Shown here piece after piece: positions 32,501 through 41,951 of a stretch of DNA of 64,000 nucleotides. The notes below the pieces were generated by a model, which saw only the letters and a list, made by a program, of their open reading frames with translations, searched no databases and was not told the origin of the DNA. How positions within the stretch are numbered: the first letter of the stretch is position 1; every line of letters starts with the position of its first letter. The DNA is from a virus: positions 21,487 to 85,486 of IMG/VR virus record IMGVR_UViG_3300032224_000679, one strand, 5' to 3'. The position numbers were made by a program, and so were the translations under genes.

Positions 32501-32842
32501 GTTTCAAGACTTGTAAATTACTTACGTACACAAATGAACACATTGGCTCGTCCGTTTATATTTGAACCAAACGATCCAATTACTCGTAACAGCATTAAAT
32601 CTGTTGTAAGTTCATTGTTAAACGACTTAGTTGCCAAGCGTGGTGTAACAGACTACCTAGTAGTTTGTGACAGCACAAATAACACACCAGAGCGCATTGC
32701 AAGAAATGAACTTTGGGTAGATGTAGCAGTTCAACCAACTAAAGATGTTGAATTTATTTACATTCCGATTAGATTGAAAAATCCTGGCGAAATACAAGCA
32801 GGTAACCTAGCATCAGCTACAACAGTAGGAACAGGAGCATAA
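29546..32842 (+). CDS. Tail sheath protein (T4 gp18-like), enlarged
   Basis: LVSPGVSV...DES N-terminus; YPWLAPAG..RG, INP, YGQKT, LDRVNVSRL, CD.TNNTP..I.RNEL, VEFIYIP. Confidence 0.95.
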   Translation: MAILVSPGVSVTVTDESNYAPNQLGSVAYILVATATNKVAPGGTAYAAGTLLENAGKVYNITSQRDLVTTFGTPSFYTTSGGAPINGDERNEYGLMAAYSLLGVSNTVYVQRANVDLAALGGTTSRPLANPASGAFWLDTTMSDWGIYEWSSAKQDFTLKTPIVIMANTDLATDNFTPNTALGSIGSYAVNTYSNANPIFTKVYDNSWKLLGSTAWQAALPAVTSSNASANIQATAGIIINTTNVVVGIGANLTTVAGNINAANITGVTSRVANNLLIISVTDLAKSANVTADGRANISNGGAGTALTTLGITAGSYTAPNLSIAPYYSVPSWQGTTADGALRPSGSVWQKASSLGMGLNSVIKKYDSSLGAWATQSVPDYSTIFAATYGLDPTGGGLNITQGTIYSQYNAYGNVTASEVFYYRNSTGATTVTANTTTPAAPRVGATFTLTTRANASLGTTTSYSGNVTTGTVQGFLNAISALGDPNITANLDASGRVVITHALGGDMIVADGTGTPFANVGINTNATNVYASPYSGSANLLLTNWKPLDNVTSTGYYRSSTQPYVEPANNTLWYYNTPSRADIMISNGSAWLGYQNLTNDIRGYNLSNTNSTGPILSTSTPTLQDDGTQLVYGDLWLNTADLENYPKLYRWQRVNGIDQWVLIDNTDNTSQNGILFADARWSTAGNVNPVTGTIPSIATLAASNYVDLDAPDPTLYPRGMLLFNTRASGYNVKEYKSSYFTSSAYPNQSLPSRADTWISVSGYQSNGVVPNFGRKAQRGVTLAALRSAIDSSTALREDANQFNLIACPGYPELIPNMVSLNEDRDNTAFIVGDTPLRLAATGTAIQAWAQNSVNTPSTGEDGLATVNPYVGVYYPSGQTNDLAGNPIAVPPSHAVLRSIIKSDNISYPWLAPAGTRRGLIDNVNAIGYVDGTSGAFVSVGITQGLRDVMYTNKINPLTNLPGAGLVIYGQKTLSSTPSSLDRVNVSRLVNYLRTQMNTLARPFIFEPNDPITRNSIKSVVSSLLNDLVAKRGVTDYLVVCDSTNNTPERIARNELWVDVAVQPTKDVEFIYIPIRLKNPGEIQAGNLASATTVGTGA

Positions 32843-32846
32843 TAAA

Positions 32847-33473
32847 ATGGCAGTTTCATCATTAACAAGATTTACCGTACCACTGGGCGGTAATCAAAGC
32901 GCAACAACTCAGGGCTTGCTTATGCCCAAGCTCAAGTTCCGTTTTAGAGGAACATTTGATAATCTGGGTATATCGACTCCTAAAACAGAACTTACTAAGC
33001 AGATCATGAGTTTTGCAAGACCACAGGTTGAGTTTACTCCAATTGAAATTCCTGTTTACAACAGTAGAGTTTATCTAGCAGGTCGTCCAGTATGGCAAGT
33101 TGTGCAAGTTGTTTTCAGAGATGACGCAGGCGGCAACGTCACTAGATTGATTGGTGAACAGTTGCAGAAGCAATTTGACTTTATGGAACAAGCCAGTGCA
33201 AGTTCTGGTATTGACTATAAGTTTACCAGTACTATTGAAATGTTAGATGGTGCTAACGGTGCAACAGAACCTACAGTATTAGAAACATGGCAACTATATG
33301 GATGTTTCCTAACTAACGTTAACTACAACGACATGGACTACAATGTCAATGATCCTGCTACAATCACTTGTAGTCTCCGTATTGACAATGCTGTACAAAT
33401 TGCCAGCGGCACAAGTCCAGGCGGTGTTGGGCTACCAGTCACACGTACTAACGGCGGTGTTGTAACTGGTTAA
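32847..33473 (+). CDS. Tail tube protein (T4 gp19-like)
   Basis: Follows the sheath gene; PKLKFRFR, YLAGRP.W, ETWQLYGCF. Confidence 0.85.
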   Translation: MAVSSLTRFTVPLGGNQSATTQGLLMPKLKFRFRGTFDNLGISTPKTELTKQIMSFARPQVEFTPIEIPVYNSRVYLAGRPVWQVVQVVFRDDAGGNVTRLIGEQLQKQFDFMEQASASSGIDYKFTSTIEMLDGANGATEPTVLETWQLYGCFLTNVNYNDMDYNVNDPATITCSLRIDNAVQIASGTSPGGVGLPVTRTNGGVVTG

Positions 33474-33493
33474 TCTCATATTGATGAATAGGT

Positions 33494-33518
33494 AAACCCA
33501 CTTTCGAGTGGGTTTTTT
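33494..33518 (+). terminator. Intrinsic terminator
   Basis: aaacccact-ttcg-agtgggttt followed by a T-tract. Confidence 0.85.
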
Positions 33519-33535
33519 ATTGAATAAATACTTGT

Positions 33536-35989
33536 ATGCCAACATTATATAATGCAGACTTAAAGCCTTTAGGTAATGGTGTGAAAACTCACCCTTATCA
33601 ACATGCCACTAAATTATTTTTAGATGACAATTATAGGCTTGCACCAAAACAAAGTTTTTTATACTATGTCTGTATTAACATCGATGTTGGTATATTACAA
33701 AGTATTTTGTCAGGTGGGTATTCGGACCCAGCCAGTAGTCAAGATTTAGTTGAGCAATACGAGACTGGGTTATTAGTAAAACGGGTAGACTTACCTAGAT
33801 TTTCAATGACCACTAAAACTATGAATGCTTATAATAGAAAAAATATTATACAGACTGGCATTACATACGATCCCATTTCCATGTCGTTCCACGATGATGT
33901 TGCTGATGTTGTCACCACATTCTGGAATGATTACTATACTTACTACTACAGAGACAGCGATTACGACCCCACTCTTTATCAAGTACCGCACAAGTATCAA
34001 CCTAGACTTAGAGAAGGATGGGGTTACAGTCCAAGAAATCGAACACTAAGACCTTTTCTTCGAAACATACAAATTTTTAGTTTACACAATAAAAGATTTA
34101 CAGAATATCTTTTAATAAACCCGTTTATAACTAATTGGCGTCACGGCGAACATAATTCTACAGGCGACACTGGTATTATGGAAAATACAATGACTGTGGC
34201 CTATGAAACAGTCAAGTACAAAACTGGTTATGTTAATCCTGTTGACGTAAACGGATTTGCTTTGTTGCATTATGATAATACAGATAGTCCTATATCAACC
34301 AGTGTTACAAACATATACTCTGATGCAGGATTGGTAGGCAGCATTGCTGGGGCGCCCAAGGACCTTGCAAGGCCAGATGGCACTACGGGTGGTGCTGGAT
34401 TGTTTGGATCTATACTGAGTGCATATAGGGCATATCAAGGATTAAAGAAAGCAAACCTACAGTCATTGGCTAAGGTAACTTTAGCATCCATAGGCGTGAA
34501 TGTTTTAAATGGTGCAATTAACGGAGCACTAAACAGTATTTTTGTTCCTACTGCTGGCAGTGTACCAGGTTATGGAGGCAACTATAGTGGAAGTCAAGTT
34601 GGTGTCCCGTTGCTGGCATCTACGTTCAGTCCATATGGTTCACCAATGGCATCGTCAGGAATTTCTATTAATGGTCTTGCTTCATCTATAGTAGCAGGCA
34701 TAGGATTAAATTTTAATCCTGCAACAAATAATAGTTATGCAAGGGGAGTGAACCAAAATAGCGGAGTTCCAACTTATAATCCAGTGTTTGACGCTAGGAA
34801 TAATAATGGCGCTATTGCAATTAATCCAAGTACTGGCCAACCTGTAACAGGAACTTATACATCTCAAGTAATTAACGTAGATGGGGAAGTAGTAAGTTCA
34901 ACAAGTAATAAAGTATCGGGATATGGCGGATATAACAGTAATGACCCTAACGTAAACGCCGCAACTACAGAAATTATTCAAGATGAATCTGGCCAAACCA
35001 ATATAAGACGCACGTACTTAGACGGCACACAAATAACATTTGACGCAAGCAATAATGTATTGAATACTGTACCTGGTTCTGCTAATGTAGTGTTTGGTAG
35101 CCCAACAGATACAAGATCATTGGCTGCAGGGGGATCAATTATAAACCCTGGTCAGCCTCAATACTATACAGATCCTAGATCAGGTATAACTTACACAGTT
35201 AACGGTGGTACAGCAGGTAAAGTCACCAATGCTATAACAGGAACAGCAGGTACTGCGGCTGGTCTATATGCTGGCTATGAAGTTAATCAATATTTAAGTG
35301 GCACATTCTTAGGTAAATCGGTTATTGGTAGAACTGTGTCTGCTGGTATTAGTGGATATGCAGGTAAAGTAATTGGCACAGCAGTCAACAACGGGTTACA
35401 ACCTATTGTCAATCAAGTTACTGGATCTATCTCGCAAGGGTTTGATAGTTTGACTGGAAAGATTAAAAACGTAGTAAGTTCGTGGACTGGCACTGGCGGC
35501 TATAATCCTTCTAAACCAACAGAGAATGTTGCGTTCCCTCCAACTGTTGATGAAATTGGTAATAAAACAACTACATACAAAGACGGGACCGTAGTTAACG
35601 TATCGCCTGACGGAGTTGAAACTATAGTTAACAAAGGGTCCAGTTCAAATTCATTTAGTGACTTCTTTAATAAAACACCTGGAACTAATGTTGATACTTC
35701 AGCTACTATTCGTGGTAGCACCTACGGCGGTTATGTAACTGACCGTGACGGTAATCCTATTAGAACAGCCGACGGCTATTTGACATACGGTTCAGGTCCT
35801 GGCACTGTTGTAGATCCTGGGTATAACATTACTCCGGTGCTAAACGAGTCTACTGGTCAACCAATATTCTCGAGTGATGCTGGGTGGAATCCTTCTCCAG
35901 AATCTACAGACGCAATAGATACTTCGTTAACTGACACAGCAGGTAACAATGATTATAATGATAATTATTTCAGTGAAGATGCTGGTTAA
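33536..35989 (+). CDS. Tube-fold baseplate/tail-tube initiator-like protein with long G/T/S-rich extension
   Basis: N-terminal VK.VDLP.F.......NAYNRK......ITYDPIS.SFHDD tube-like motif; located after gp19. Confidence 0.6.
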   Translation: MPTLYNADLKPLGNGVKTHPYQHATKLFLDDNYRLAPKQSFLYYVCINIDVGILQSILSGGYSDPASSQDLVEQYETGLLVKRVDLPRFSMTTKTMNAYNRKNIIQTGITYDPISMSFHDDVADVVTTFWNDYYTYYYRDSDYDPTLYQVPHKYQPRLREGWGYSPRNRTLRPFLRNIQIFSLHNKRFTEYLLINPFITNWRHGEHNSTGDTGIMENTMTVAYETVKYKTGYVNPVDVNGFALLHYDNTDSPISTSVTNIYSDAGLVGSIAGAPKDLARPDGTTGGAGLFGSILSAYRAYQGLKKANLQSLAKVTLASIGVNVLNGAINGALNSIFVPTAGSVPGYGGNYSGSQVGVPLLASTFSPYGSPMASSGISINGLASSIVAGIGLNFNPATNNSYARGVNQNSGVPTYNPVFDARNNNGAIAINPSTGQPVTGTYTSQVINVDGEVVSSTSNKVSGYGGYNSNDPNVNAATTEIIQDESGQTNIRRTYLDGTQITFDASNNVLNTVPGSANVVFGSPTDTRSLAAGGSIINPGQPQYYTDPRSGITYTVNGGTAGKVTNAITGTAGTAAGLYAGYEVNQYLSGTFLGKSVIGRTVSAGISGYAGKVIGTAVNNGLQPIVNQVTGSISQGFDSLTGKIKNVVSSWTGTGGYNPSKPTENVAFPPTVDEIGNKTTTYKDGTVVNVSPDGVETIVNKGSSSNSFSDFFNKTPGTNVDTSATIRGSTYGGYVTDRDGNPIRTADGYLTYGSGPGTVVDPGYNITPVLNESTGQPIFSSDAGWNPSPESTDAIDTSLTDTAGNNDYNDNYFSEDAG

Positions 35990-36000
35990 GAAAGAAAATT

Positions 36001-36378
36001 ATGGACGCAACTAACCCACAACAACCCAGTAACTTAAATAGCTCAGGTACTAATAATACCACGAGATTTTTCAACAACTTTTTCATACCTGCTTATACAG
36101 TAAGTTCAAACGTCAACGATGCTATTGTCAGTTACTTTCAACAACAAACAGGCAGTTTAGAGAGTGCCAAGCTATTGTCACAAACAGTCATCAATACTGC
36201 ACAAGCACAGAGAACAGATCCACTGACTATATTAAATGAATTTCAAAAATTATCTAGTAATCAAATAAATGCATTGCTAGCACTTTATTTGAATAGCTCT
36301 AGAGTTAACACAAGTTTATTAGGTGTTAAAAATACACCCAAGCCTAATAAATTTATCACCAGAACAATCTTAGCATAA
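36001..36378 (+). CDS. Hypothetical virion protein
   Basis: 125-aa ORF coupled to the gp4-like gene. Confidence 0.65.
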   Translation: MDATNPQQPSNLNSSGTNNTTRFFNNFFIPAYTVSSNVNDAIVSYFQQQTGSLESAKLLSQTVINTAQAQRTDPLTILNEFQKLSSNQINALLALYLNSSRVNTSLLGVKNTPKPNKFITRTILA

Positions 36379-36812
36379 TGGCCAAATATATTCAAGGTAA
36401 GTTTCAAGTTAAGCATCCTGAAAAGTACATAGGCAAAGGCGCACCTACCTATCGTAGTAGTTGGGAATTTGCTTTTATGAATTTTTGTGATAATAATCCA
36501 GCAGTAGTGCAATGGGCCAGCGAAGCCATACATATAAACTATAAAAATCCTTTTACAAATAAGAATACCATCTATGTGCCAGACTTTCTTATCATTTATA
36601 TAGATAAAAATGGAACACGCCACGGCGAAGTTGTGGAAGTTAAACCTACCAAAGAAACAAATCTCAATGAAGCTAAGAGTATGCGGGACAAAGCCGCAGT
36701 GGCTCTTAATATGTACAAGTGGGAAGCAGCTCGTAAGTTCTGCGCCGCACAAGGATTAAAGTTTAGAATAGTAACAGAATCCGATATTTTTGCGGGTACC
36801 AAATCCAAATAA
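36378..36812 (+). CDS. Head completion nuclease (T4 gp4-like)
   Basis: PEKY.G....YRSSWE, WASE, YVPDF, EVKP, KWEAA, F...TE. Confidence 0.9.
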   Translation: MAKYIQGKFQVKHPEKYIGKGAPTYRSSWEFAFMNFCDNNPAVVQWASEAIHINYKNPFTNKNTIYVPDFLIIYIDKNGTRHGEVVEVKPTKETNLNEAKSMRDKAAVALNMYKWEAARKFCAAQGLKFRIVTESDIFAGTKSK

Positions 36813-36820
36813 ATATTGGT

Positions 36821-37315
36821 ATGACCAAAAAACTTGAAGAACTTTTTAACTTACCTGAAAAACTGCCTGAAGATGTTACTATGGAACAAGCAGTTGCAGC
36901 CGCAGAAGAACACAAAACTGTGTTCAAAGACATAGACACAGCAATCGATAAAATTGACGAAGCGTTACCACGTGTTAGAGATTTAGACACTAGCGACCAA
37001 GAATTAGACGAACTAGCCAATTTAGCCAAAGGTAAGTTTGAGGACTTAATGGACTTAGGTATGAACATGGAAGCACGTTTTAGCGGGCAAGTATTCCAAA
37101 CAGCTGGGGTATTGTTGGGGCATGCTATCACTGCTAAACAAGCCAAATTAGACAAAAAACTACGTATGGTAGACCTACAGTTAAAGAAAATGAGACTGGA
37201 TCACCAAATGAAACAAGACGGTGCAAAGCCTGGAGAAGCTGCTATAGACGGCGAGGGTGTTGTACTGGATCGCAATGCATTACTAGCTCAAATAATGAGC
37301 AAACCCAAGCAATAA
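36821..37315 (+). CDS. Helical hypothetical protein, possibly small terminase subunit
   Basis: Late promoter, coiled-coil character and size; the function is only a guess. Confidence 0.5.
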   Translation: MTKKLEELFNLPEKLPEDVTMEQAVAAAEEHKTVFKDIDTAIDKIDEALPRVRDLDTSDQELDELANLAKGKFEDLMDLGMNMEARFSGQVFQTAGVLLGHAITAKQAKLDKKLRMVDLQLKKMRLDHQMKQDGAKPGEAAIDGEGVVLDRNALLAQIMSKPKQ

Positions 37316-37354
37316 TTATCAAAACCTGATAAATATCTAATAATAGGAATTACT

Positions 37355-37990
37355 ATGAAGTCGTTTACCACATACTTAACAGAGTCCGCTAGGACTTATG
37401 ATTTTAGAATTAGAATCGCCTGCGAAATGACAGATGATGTTGTTAACAAGATCAAATCTGTATTAGAAGCATATAAAGTCGAATCTATTACTAAACCAAA
37501 AAGATTACCAATTCAAGAGAGTCCGTTGTTCCCTAATATGGGTCCAGTAGAAGTAAACATCATGGATGTGTGCTTATGCTACCCTACTACAGATGCAAAA
37601 GTTTTAAATTTAATTGCAGAGTGCGGGTGTGCTCCTGCAAATTGTATTAAAGTTACTCCAACTAATAGTCCATTTGAAGCTACTCTAGCTGGACTGGAAC
37701 AAAGCAATTTACAAAAGCCAGGCGAAAGTGTTTTAATGACTCCAGACATGGTCACAGAAAAACATGCTCCCGACTTAGTGGGCGATGCACGTATTCCTAG
37801 TTTAATCAAAGAACTTGAAGACACTCGTAAGTATGAGTATCCAGAAGCTGCTGGCGGCAAAGAGAAAGACAAAAGTCTTGCTGATCACGGCACATTAAAC
37901 AAAGTACCAGTGGGACAAATCAGTCCCATTGGCACACATCAGAACAAAGTCATTAGACCTCGTGACATGAAAGCAGGAAACGGAAGATAA
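37355..37990 (+). CDS. Putative internal head protein
   Basis: N-terminus MKSFTTYLTE resembles the T4 capsid-targeting sequence; late promoter at 37329. Confidence 0.6.
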   Translation: MKSFTTYLTESARTYDFRIRIACEMTDDVVNKIKSVLEAYKVESITKPKRLPIQESPLFPNMGPVEVNIMDVCLCYPTTDAKVLNLIAECGCAPANCIKVTPTNSPFEATLAGLEQSNLQKPGESVLMTPDMVTEKHAPDLVGDARIPSLIKELEDTRKYEYPEAAGGKEKDKSLADHGTLNKVPVGQISPIGTHQNKVIRPRDMKAGNGR

Positions 37991-37991
37991 T

Positions 37992-40880
37992 ATGAATAAT
38001 AACAACAACCTATATAATATACTAAACAACTTTAACAAACTGTCTGAATCAGACACACCGAAGCCTGCTACTGAATCTAAGCCTAAAACATTGTTAGAAT
38101 CGACAATGGAAGAAGTACTGCAAGAAAAGTACATGGGTTTTAAAAAGACAGTCGGTGCATTGAAAAAACAAGGCGGCATCGAAGACCCCGAAGCTCTTGC
38201 CGCAAGCATTGGTCGTAAAAAATACGGAAAGAAAGCATTTCAAAAAGCCGCGGCTGCTGGCAAGAAAATGGGCGAAGAAGTTACTCCACCAAAGACTTAT
38301 GGCGGACAAGGACCAGAAGGACAGAAGTTTGACATTTATATGCAAAATCGTAAAGACGCATTAGATAAACAACGTCCAGCACCTGTACCAGTAGTAAAAC
38401 CCATGGGCGAGGGTGATATGGAAGAAGGCAACGAGTTCAGTGGCAATCGTGATAAAGCTATCAAATCTGGACAAGATGAATTCAAAGTAGACGGCAAGAC
38501 TTATCCTGTTAAAGAAAATGGCCTACAACGCCACATTGGTATCAAGAAGTACACTAAAAAAGGTTTTGAAGAATTACAAGCCGCAGGCCGTGAAGGTGCT
38601 GACGAAGAAGAAAAAGGTCGCATCAAAGATCGATACATTAAGAAAGTAAAAGAAAATCGTGATGCATACCAAAGAGATTATGACAGTAGCGTAAGCGGTA
38701 TGGGTACAGACCATGAGTTTAGAAATCGTGAACGCAATGCTGGTCTTGAAGATGAAAAGAATAATTATGCAGTATACATAGATGGTCGACAATGGAAAGT
38801 ATTTGCTGACAGGCGTCAAGCAGAAAACATTGCCAGAAGTTTAACAAACAAAGGTAAAAAAGCAGAGGTGTATGTTACTGGTGCAAATGTATCGGAAGAA
38901 AGCGATTGGTCAAACCTAGGTGCTGAATACCGTAGCACCAAGCCTGGCACCAAAGAGCCAACACACACTGGCGAAAAAGAATACTTCAAAGGTGGCGTTA
39001 AACATACCAAAGATTATGATAGAGAAGTTAGCCACACAGCAGCCACAGGAGAAAAACGTGGACGTGGTCGTCCTAAGAAGTCACAGTTTGAAGGTCACTA
39101 TACTATCGATCAACTAATTGCAGAAGCATTTGGCGAAGAAGATCAAGAACAATCATTAAACTACGAACAAGATCAATTACGTAATGCTATCGGTGACGAC
39201 TTGTTTGCAGAATTACAACGTTCGGTTAGTAATGGAGATTACGATTTCGGTGATGATTTATTCCAAACATTATATGATCACTATTTTGATGAAATGCCTC
39301 CGGGTACAAGAAAAGCCCGCGACGGAGATCCTTACGAATGGATTGGTGATAAGATAGGTGAAGTGTTCTCCGATGATTCATTGAAAGAAGGTGGCTGGCA
39401 AGACATCGACGATCGCAGTGCCCCGCCTAAAGGTGCAAAACAAGAGATTAAAACTATAGAACCAGGTAGTGCAATCAGAGTAGACCCTAACTACAAAGAT
39501 CCAACAACTACCAAAGCGCCAACAAAATCTCCATCGATGATGGACAAAGTTACACAGTCGGCAGGGCGTACCCCACCATATATGCCTGAAAAACCCACAA
39601 AGGCAGACAATGGAATGGGCCGCATAGTACAAGGCACATGGCAAGCGGATCCCAAAGGCACAGTTAAAGCACCTAGCGGTGATCCAGAAGGGGTCAAAGA
39701 ATCTAATCCACAACCAGGACAAGACTTTACTACTACTCAAGGGGCACAGATGAAATATAACCCAACTAGCGGTAGTTGGCAACAACAAGCTCCTGTAACT
39801 CCCAATGATCCATATACAAGCATTAGTACCAAGTCAACTATGAATACTAAAGATGTCAATGGTAAACCAACAACAGATTACACAAACACTACAACAGCAA
39901 CTGATCCAGCTACTGGAAAAACGCAAAGTATGACTACAACTGATGACGATGCAAATGAGGATATAATGATGACAAATGAACTAGCAGAGATGATGCGTCT
40001 AGCTGGCATGACAGAAAGCAAAAAAGCCAAACCCGACTACTTAGACTTTGACAAAGACGGCGACAAAAAAGAACCAATGAAGCAAGCTCTTAAAGACAAA
40101 AAAGTTGACGAGTCAGAAGAAAAAGCTGATAAAGATTACGATGGCGATGGCAAGATTGAATCTGGTAAAGATGAATATCTAGGCAGCAAAATTGCAGCCG
40201 CTAAGAAAGCTGGCAAATTAAAAGAAGGTACTTGCAAGAGTTGCCACAAAGATCCATGTGTTTGCAAAGAAGAAAAATGCATGGAGTGCGGCATGTATGA
40301 AAGCAAATGCAAGTGTGATGAAAGTATGTCAGAAGCATTAAATCAAATGCGTAGAATTGCTGGATTGAAAGAATGTGACATGAGTCCTATCTCTGGCGCA
40401 GCTGGCGACATGCAACAGCAACAAGGTAAGATGAACATCAGTACTAACATGAGCAGCGACGGTAACAAGAGTGTTACAATTACTGCTGATGGCGACTCTG
40501 CACTAGAACTAATGCAAATGCTTAAACTAGCTGGTATGGCTGCACACGGCGAAGTAGAAGTAGAAGTTGACGAAGAATCAGAGTCGCCAACACCAAGTAC
40601 AGACGGCACTACTTCTTCTCCTACTCCTACTCCTATGCCACCCACTACAGGCGGTGAAGTAGAAGAAGCCAAAGATCCACGCTATCACGCTAATACTACA
40701 CCAGAAGAACATGTTTATCCGGAACAAGTTCTAACCAGAGGCGGTAATGGTGATGTTGCTGGTAGAAATAAACAAATGCACAAAGATGGTTACCAATTTG
40801 GCGACAATCCAATGGCAATGAAAGAAAGCATGGGTTTAAAGTTCATGAAAGAATACGAAGGTATTAAGGTCAAAAAATGA
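37992..40880 (+). CDS. Large low-complexity putative prohead-core/internal protein (962 aa)
   Basis: Charged and mostly disordered; AT-hook KRGRGRPKK, DxDxDG loops, Cys cluster, three MxxxAG(M/L) helices. Confidence 0.7.
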   Translation: MNNNNNLYNILNNFNKLSESDTPKPATESKPKTLLESTMEEVLQEKYMGFKKTVGALKKQGGIEDPEALAASIGRKKYGKKAFQKAAAAGKKMGEEVTPPKTYGGQGPEGQKFDIYMQNRKDALDKQRPAPVPVVKPMGEGDMEEGNEFSGNRDKAIKSGQDEFKVDGKTYPVKENGLQRHIGIKKYTKKGFEELQAAGREGADEEEKGRIKDRYIKKVKENRDAYQRDYDSSVSGMGTDHEFRNRERNAGLEDEKNNYAVYIDGRQWKVFADRRQAENIARSLTNKGKKAEVYVTGANVSEESDWSNLGAEYRSTKPGTKEPTHTGEKEYFKGGVKHTKDYDREVSHTAATGEKRGRGRPKKSQFEGHYTIDQLIAEAFGEEDQEQSLNYEQDQLRNAIGDDLFAELQRSVSNGDYDFGDDLFQTLYDHYFDEMPPGTRKARDGDPYEWIGDKIGEVFSDDSLKEGGWQDIDDRSAPPKGAKQEIKTIEPGSAIRVDPNYKDPTTTKAPTKSPSMMDKVTQSAGRTPPYMPEKPTKADNGMGRIVQGTWQADPKGTVKAPSGDPEGVKESNPQPGQDFTTTQGAQMKYNPTSGSWQQQAPVTPNDPYTSISTKSTMNTKDVNGKPTTDYTNTTTATDPATGKTQSMTTTDDDANEDIMMTNELAEMMRLAGMTESKKAKPDYLDFDKDGDKKEPMKQALKDKKVDESEEKADKDYDGDGKIESGKDEYLGSKIAAAKKAGKLKEGTCKSCHKDPCVCKEEKCMECGMYESKCKCDESMSEALNQMRRIAGLKECDMSPISGAAGDMQQQQGKMNISTNMSSDGNKSVTITADGDSALELMQMLKLAGMAAHGEVEVEVDEESESPTPSTDGTTSSPTPTPMPPTTGGEVEEAKDPRYHANTTPEEHVYPEQVLTRGGNGDVAGRNKQMHKDGYQFGDNPMAMKESMGLKFMKEYEGIKVKK

Positions 40881-41566
40881 AAATACAAGAAGTCATTGTA
40901 AATGAAGATATCGAAATTGGAGACAGTTTCGATATTGAGCTGGGCAACATAGTTATTGAAACTGGCGTTGTTGGTTTCATGCACGATGGTATAATTGTAG
41001 AAGGCGATGAAAAAACACTAGCCCTATTAGGAGTCAGCGGTGCATTACTGGAAGGTGTTAACAATTATATGGATACGGATCCAGCATCAGTAACTGCTAA
41101 CAAAGCTAAAGAATTTGATCAGGCTGCAAAACAAGCATTTAAGCCTGATACCCCAGGTTACTTTGATGATGAAGATCCTAACCCAAAAAAGATTCCACAA
41201 TCCCAGCACTGGGCTGATCCTAATCCAAATGTCCAAAAAACTGTGCAAAATTACATGAATCGAAATTACATGGATTCTAAACCAGCAGCCGGGGCACAAG
41301 GCACCCAAGAGTCCAAAATAAAAAACGAAGCCAAATATCACGGCCGTGAAGTACCACTGGGTAAAAAGATGGCTGGTGATGTTAAAAAGTCTAAGGTCTA
41401 TGTACGTGGTCCTAAAGGCAATGTAGTTAAAGTTAACTTTGGCGACAAGAAAATGCGTATTAAGAAAAGCAATCCTAAACGCCGTAGGAGTTTCAGAGCT
41501 CGCCACAACTGTGCCAATCCTGGTCCACGTTGGAAAGCACGTTACTGGTCATGCAGAAGTTGGTAA
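40877..41566 (+). CDS. Putative internal head protein with basic C-terminal domain
   Basis: MKIQEVIVNE N-terminus; KVNFGD...RRSFRARHNC...ARYWSCR.W. Confidence 0.7.
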   Translation: MKIQEVIVNEDIEIGDSFDIELGNIVIETGVVGFMHDGIIVEGDEKTLALLGVSGALLEGVNNYMDTDPASVTANKAKEFDQAAKQAFKPDTPGYFDDEDPNPKKIPQSQHWADPNPNVQKTVQNYMNRNYMDSKPAAGAQGTQESKIKNEAKYHGREVPLGKKMAGDVKKSKVYVRGPKGNVVKVNFGDKKMRIKKSNPKRRRSFRARHNCANPGPRWKARYWSCRSW

Positions 41567-41570
41567 ACAT

Positions 41571-41951
41571 ATGAAAATAAACGAAGTCATTGTAGAAGGC
41601 AGAGTCGGAAAAAGACCTGAGCATGCAGAACATTCTCACGCAGGCGAATGGAAGTTCCGTGACAAAGGCGGCTACGACCGTGCCTACAACCTTAATCGTA
41701 TTATGATGGCAACAGCCATGGCCGACGGTAAATCCGACAAACCAGTAGACATGGATCAAAGTAGTTGGGTTGAAAAATACAACGTTGCTCGTCCTTATAC
41801 TAAAGAAGAACATATGATGTTGAAGGCAGCATTTAACACAGTCGACAGCGAAGTAGAACACAGCGGACCTGATCATAAAAGTAGTGAGCACCCAGACACA
41901 CATAAAGTAAGTCCAGTAACTAATCCTGGTCCTATCAAACGTAAAAAATGA
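41571..41951 (+). CDS. Putative internal head protein
   Basis: Start taken as ATG 41571 (MKINEVIVE); C-terminus similar to the next gene (KSSE...HKVSP vs KSEE...NKTSP). Confidence 0.7.
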   Translation: MKINEVIVEGRVGKRPEHAEHSHAGEWKFRDKGGYDRAYNLNRIMMATAMADGKSDKPVDMDQSSWVEKYNVARPYTKEEHMMLKAAFNTVDSEVEHSGPDHKSSEHPDTHKVSPVTNPGPIKRKK

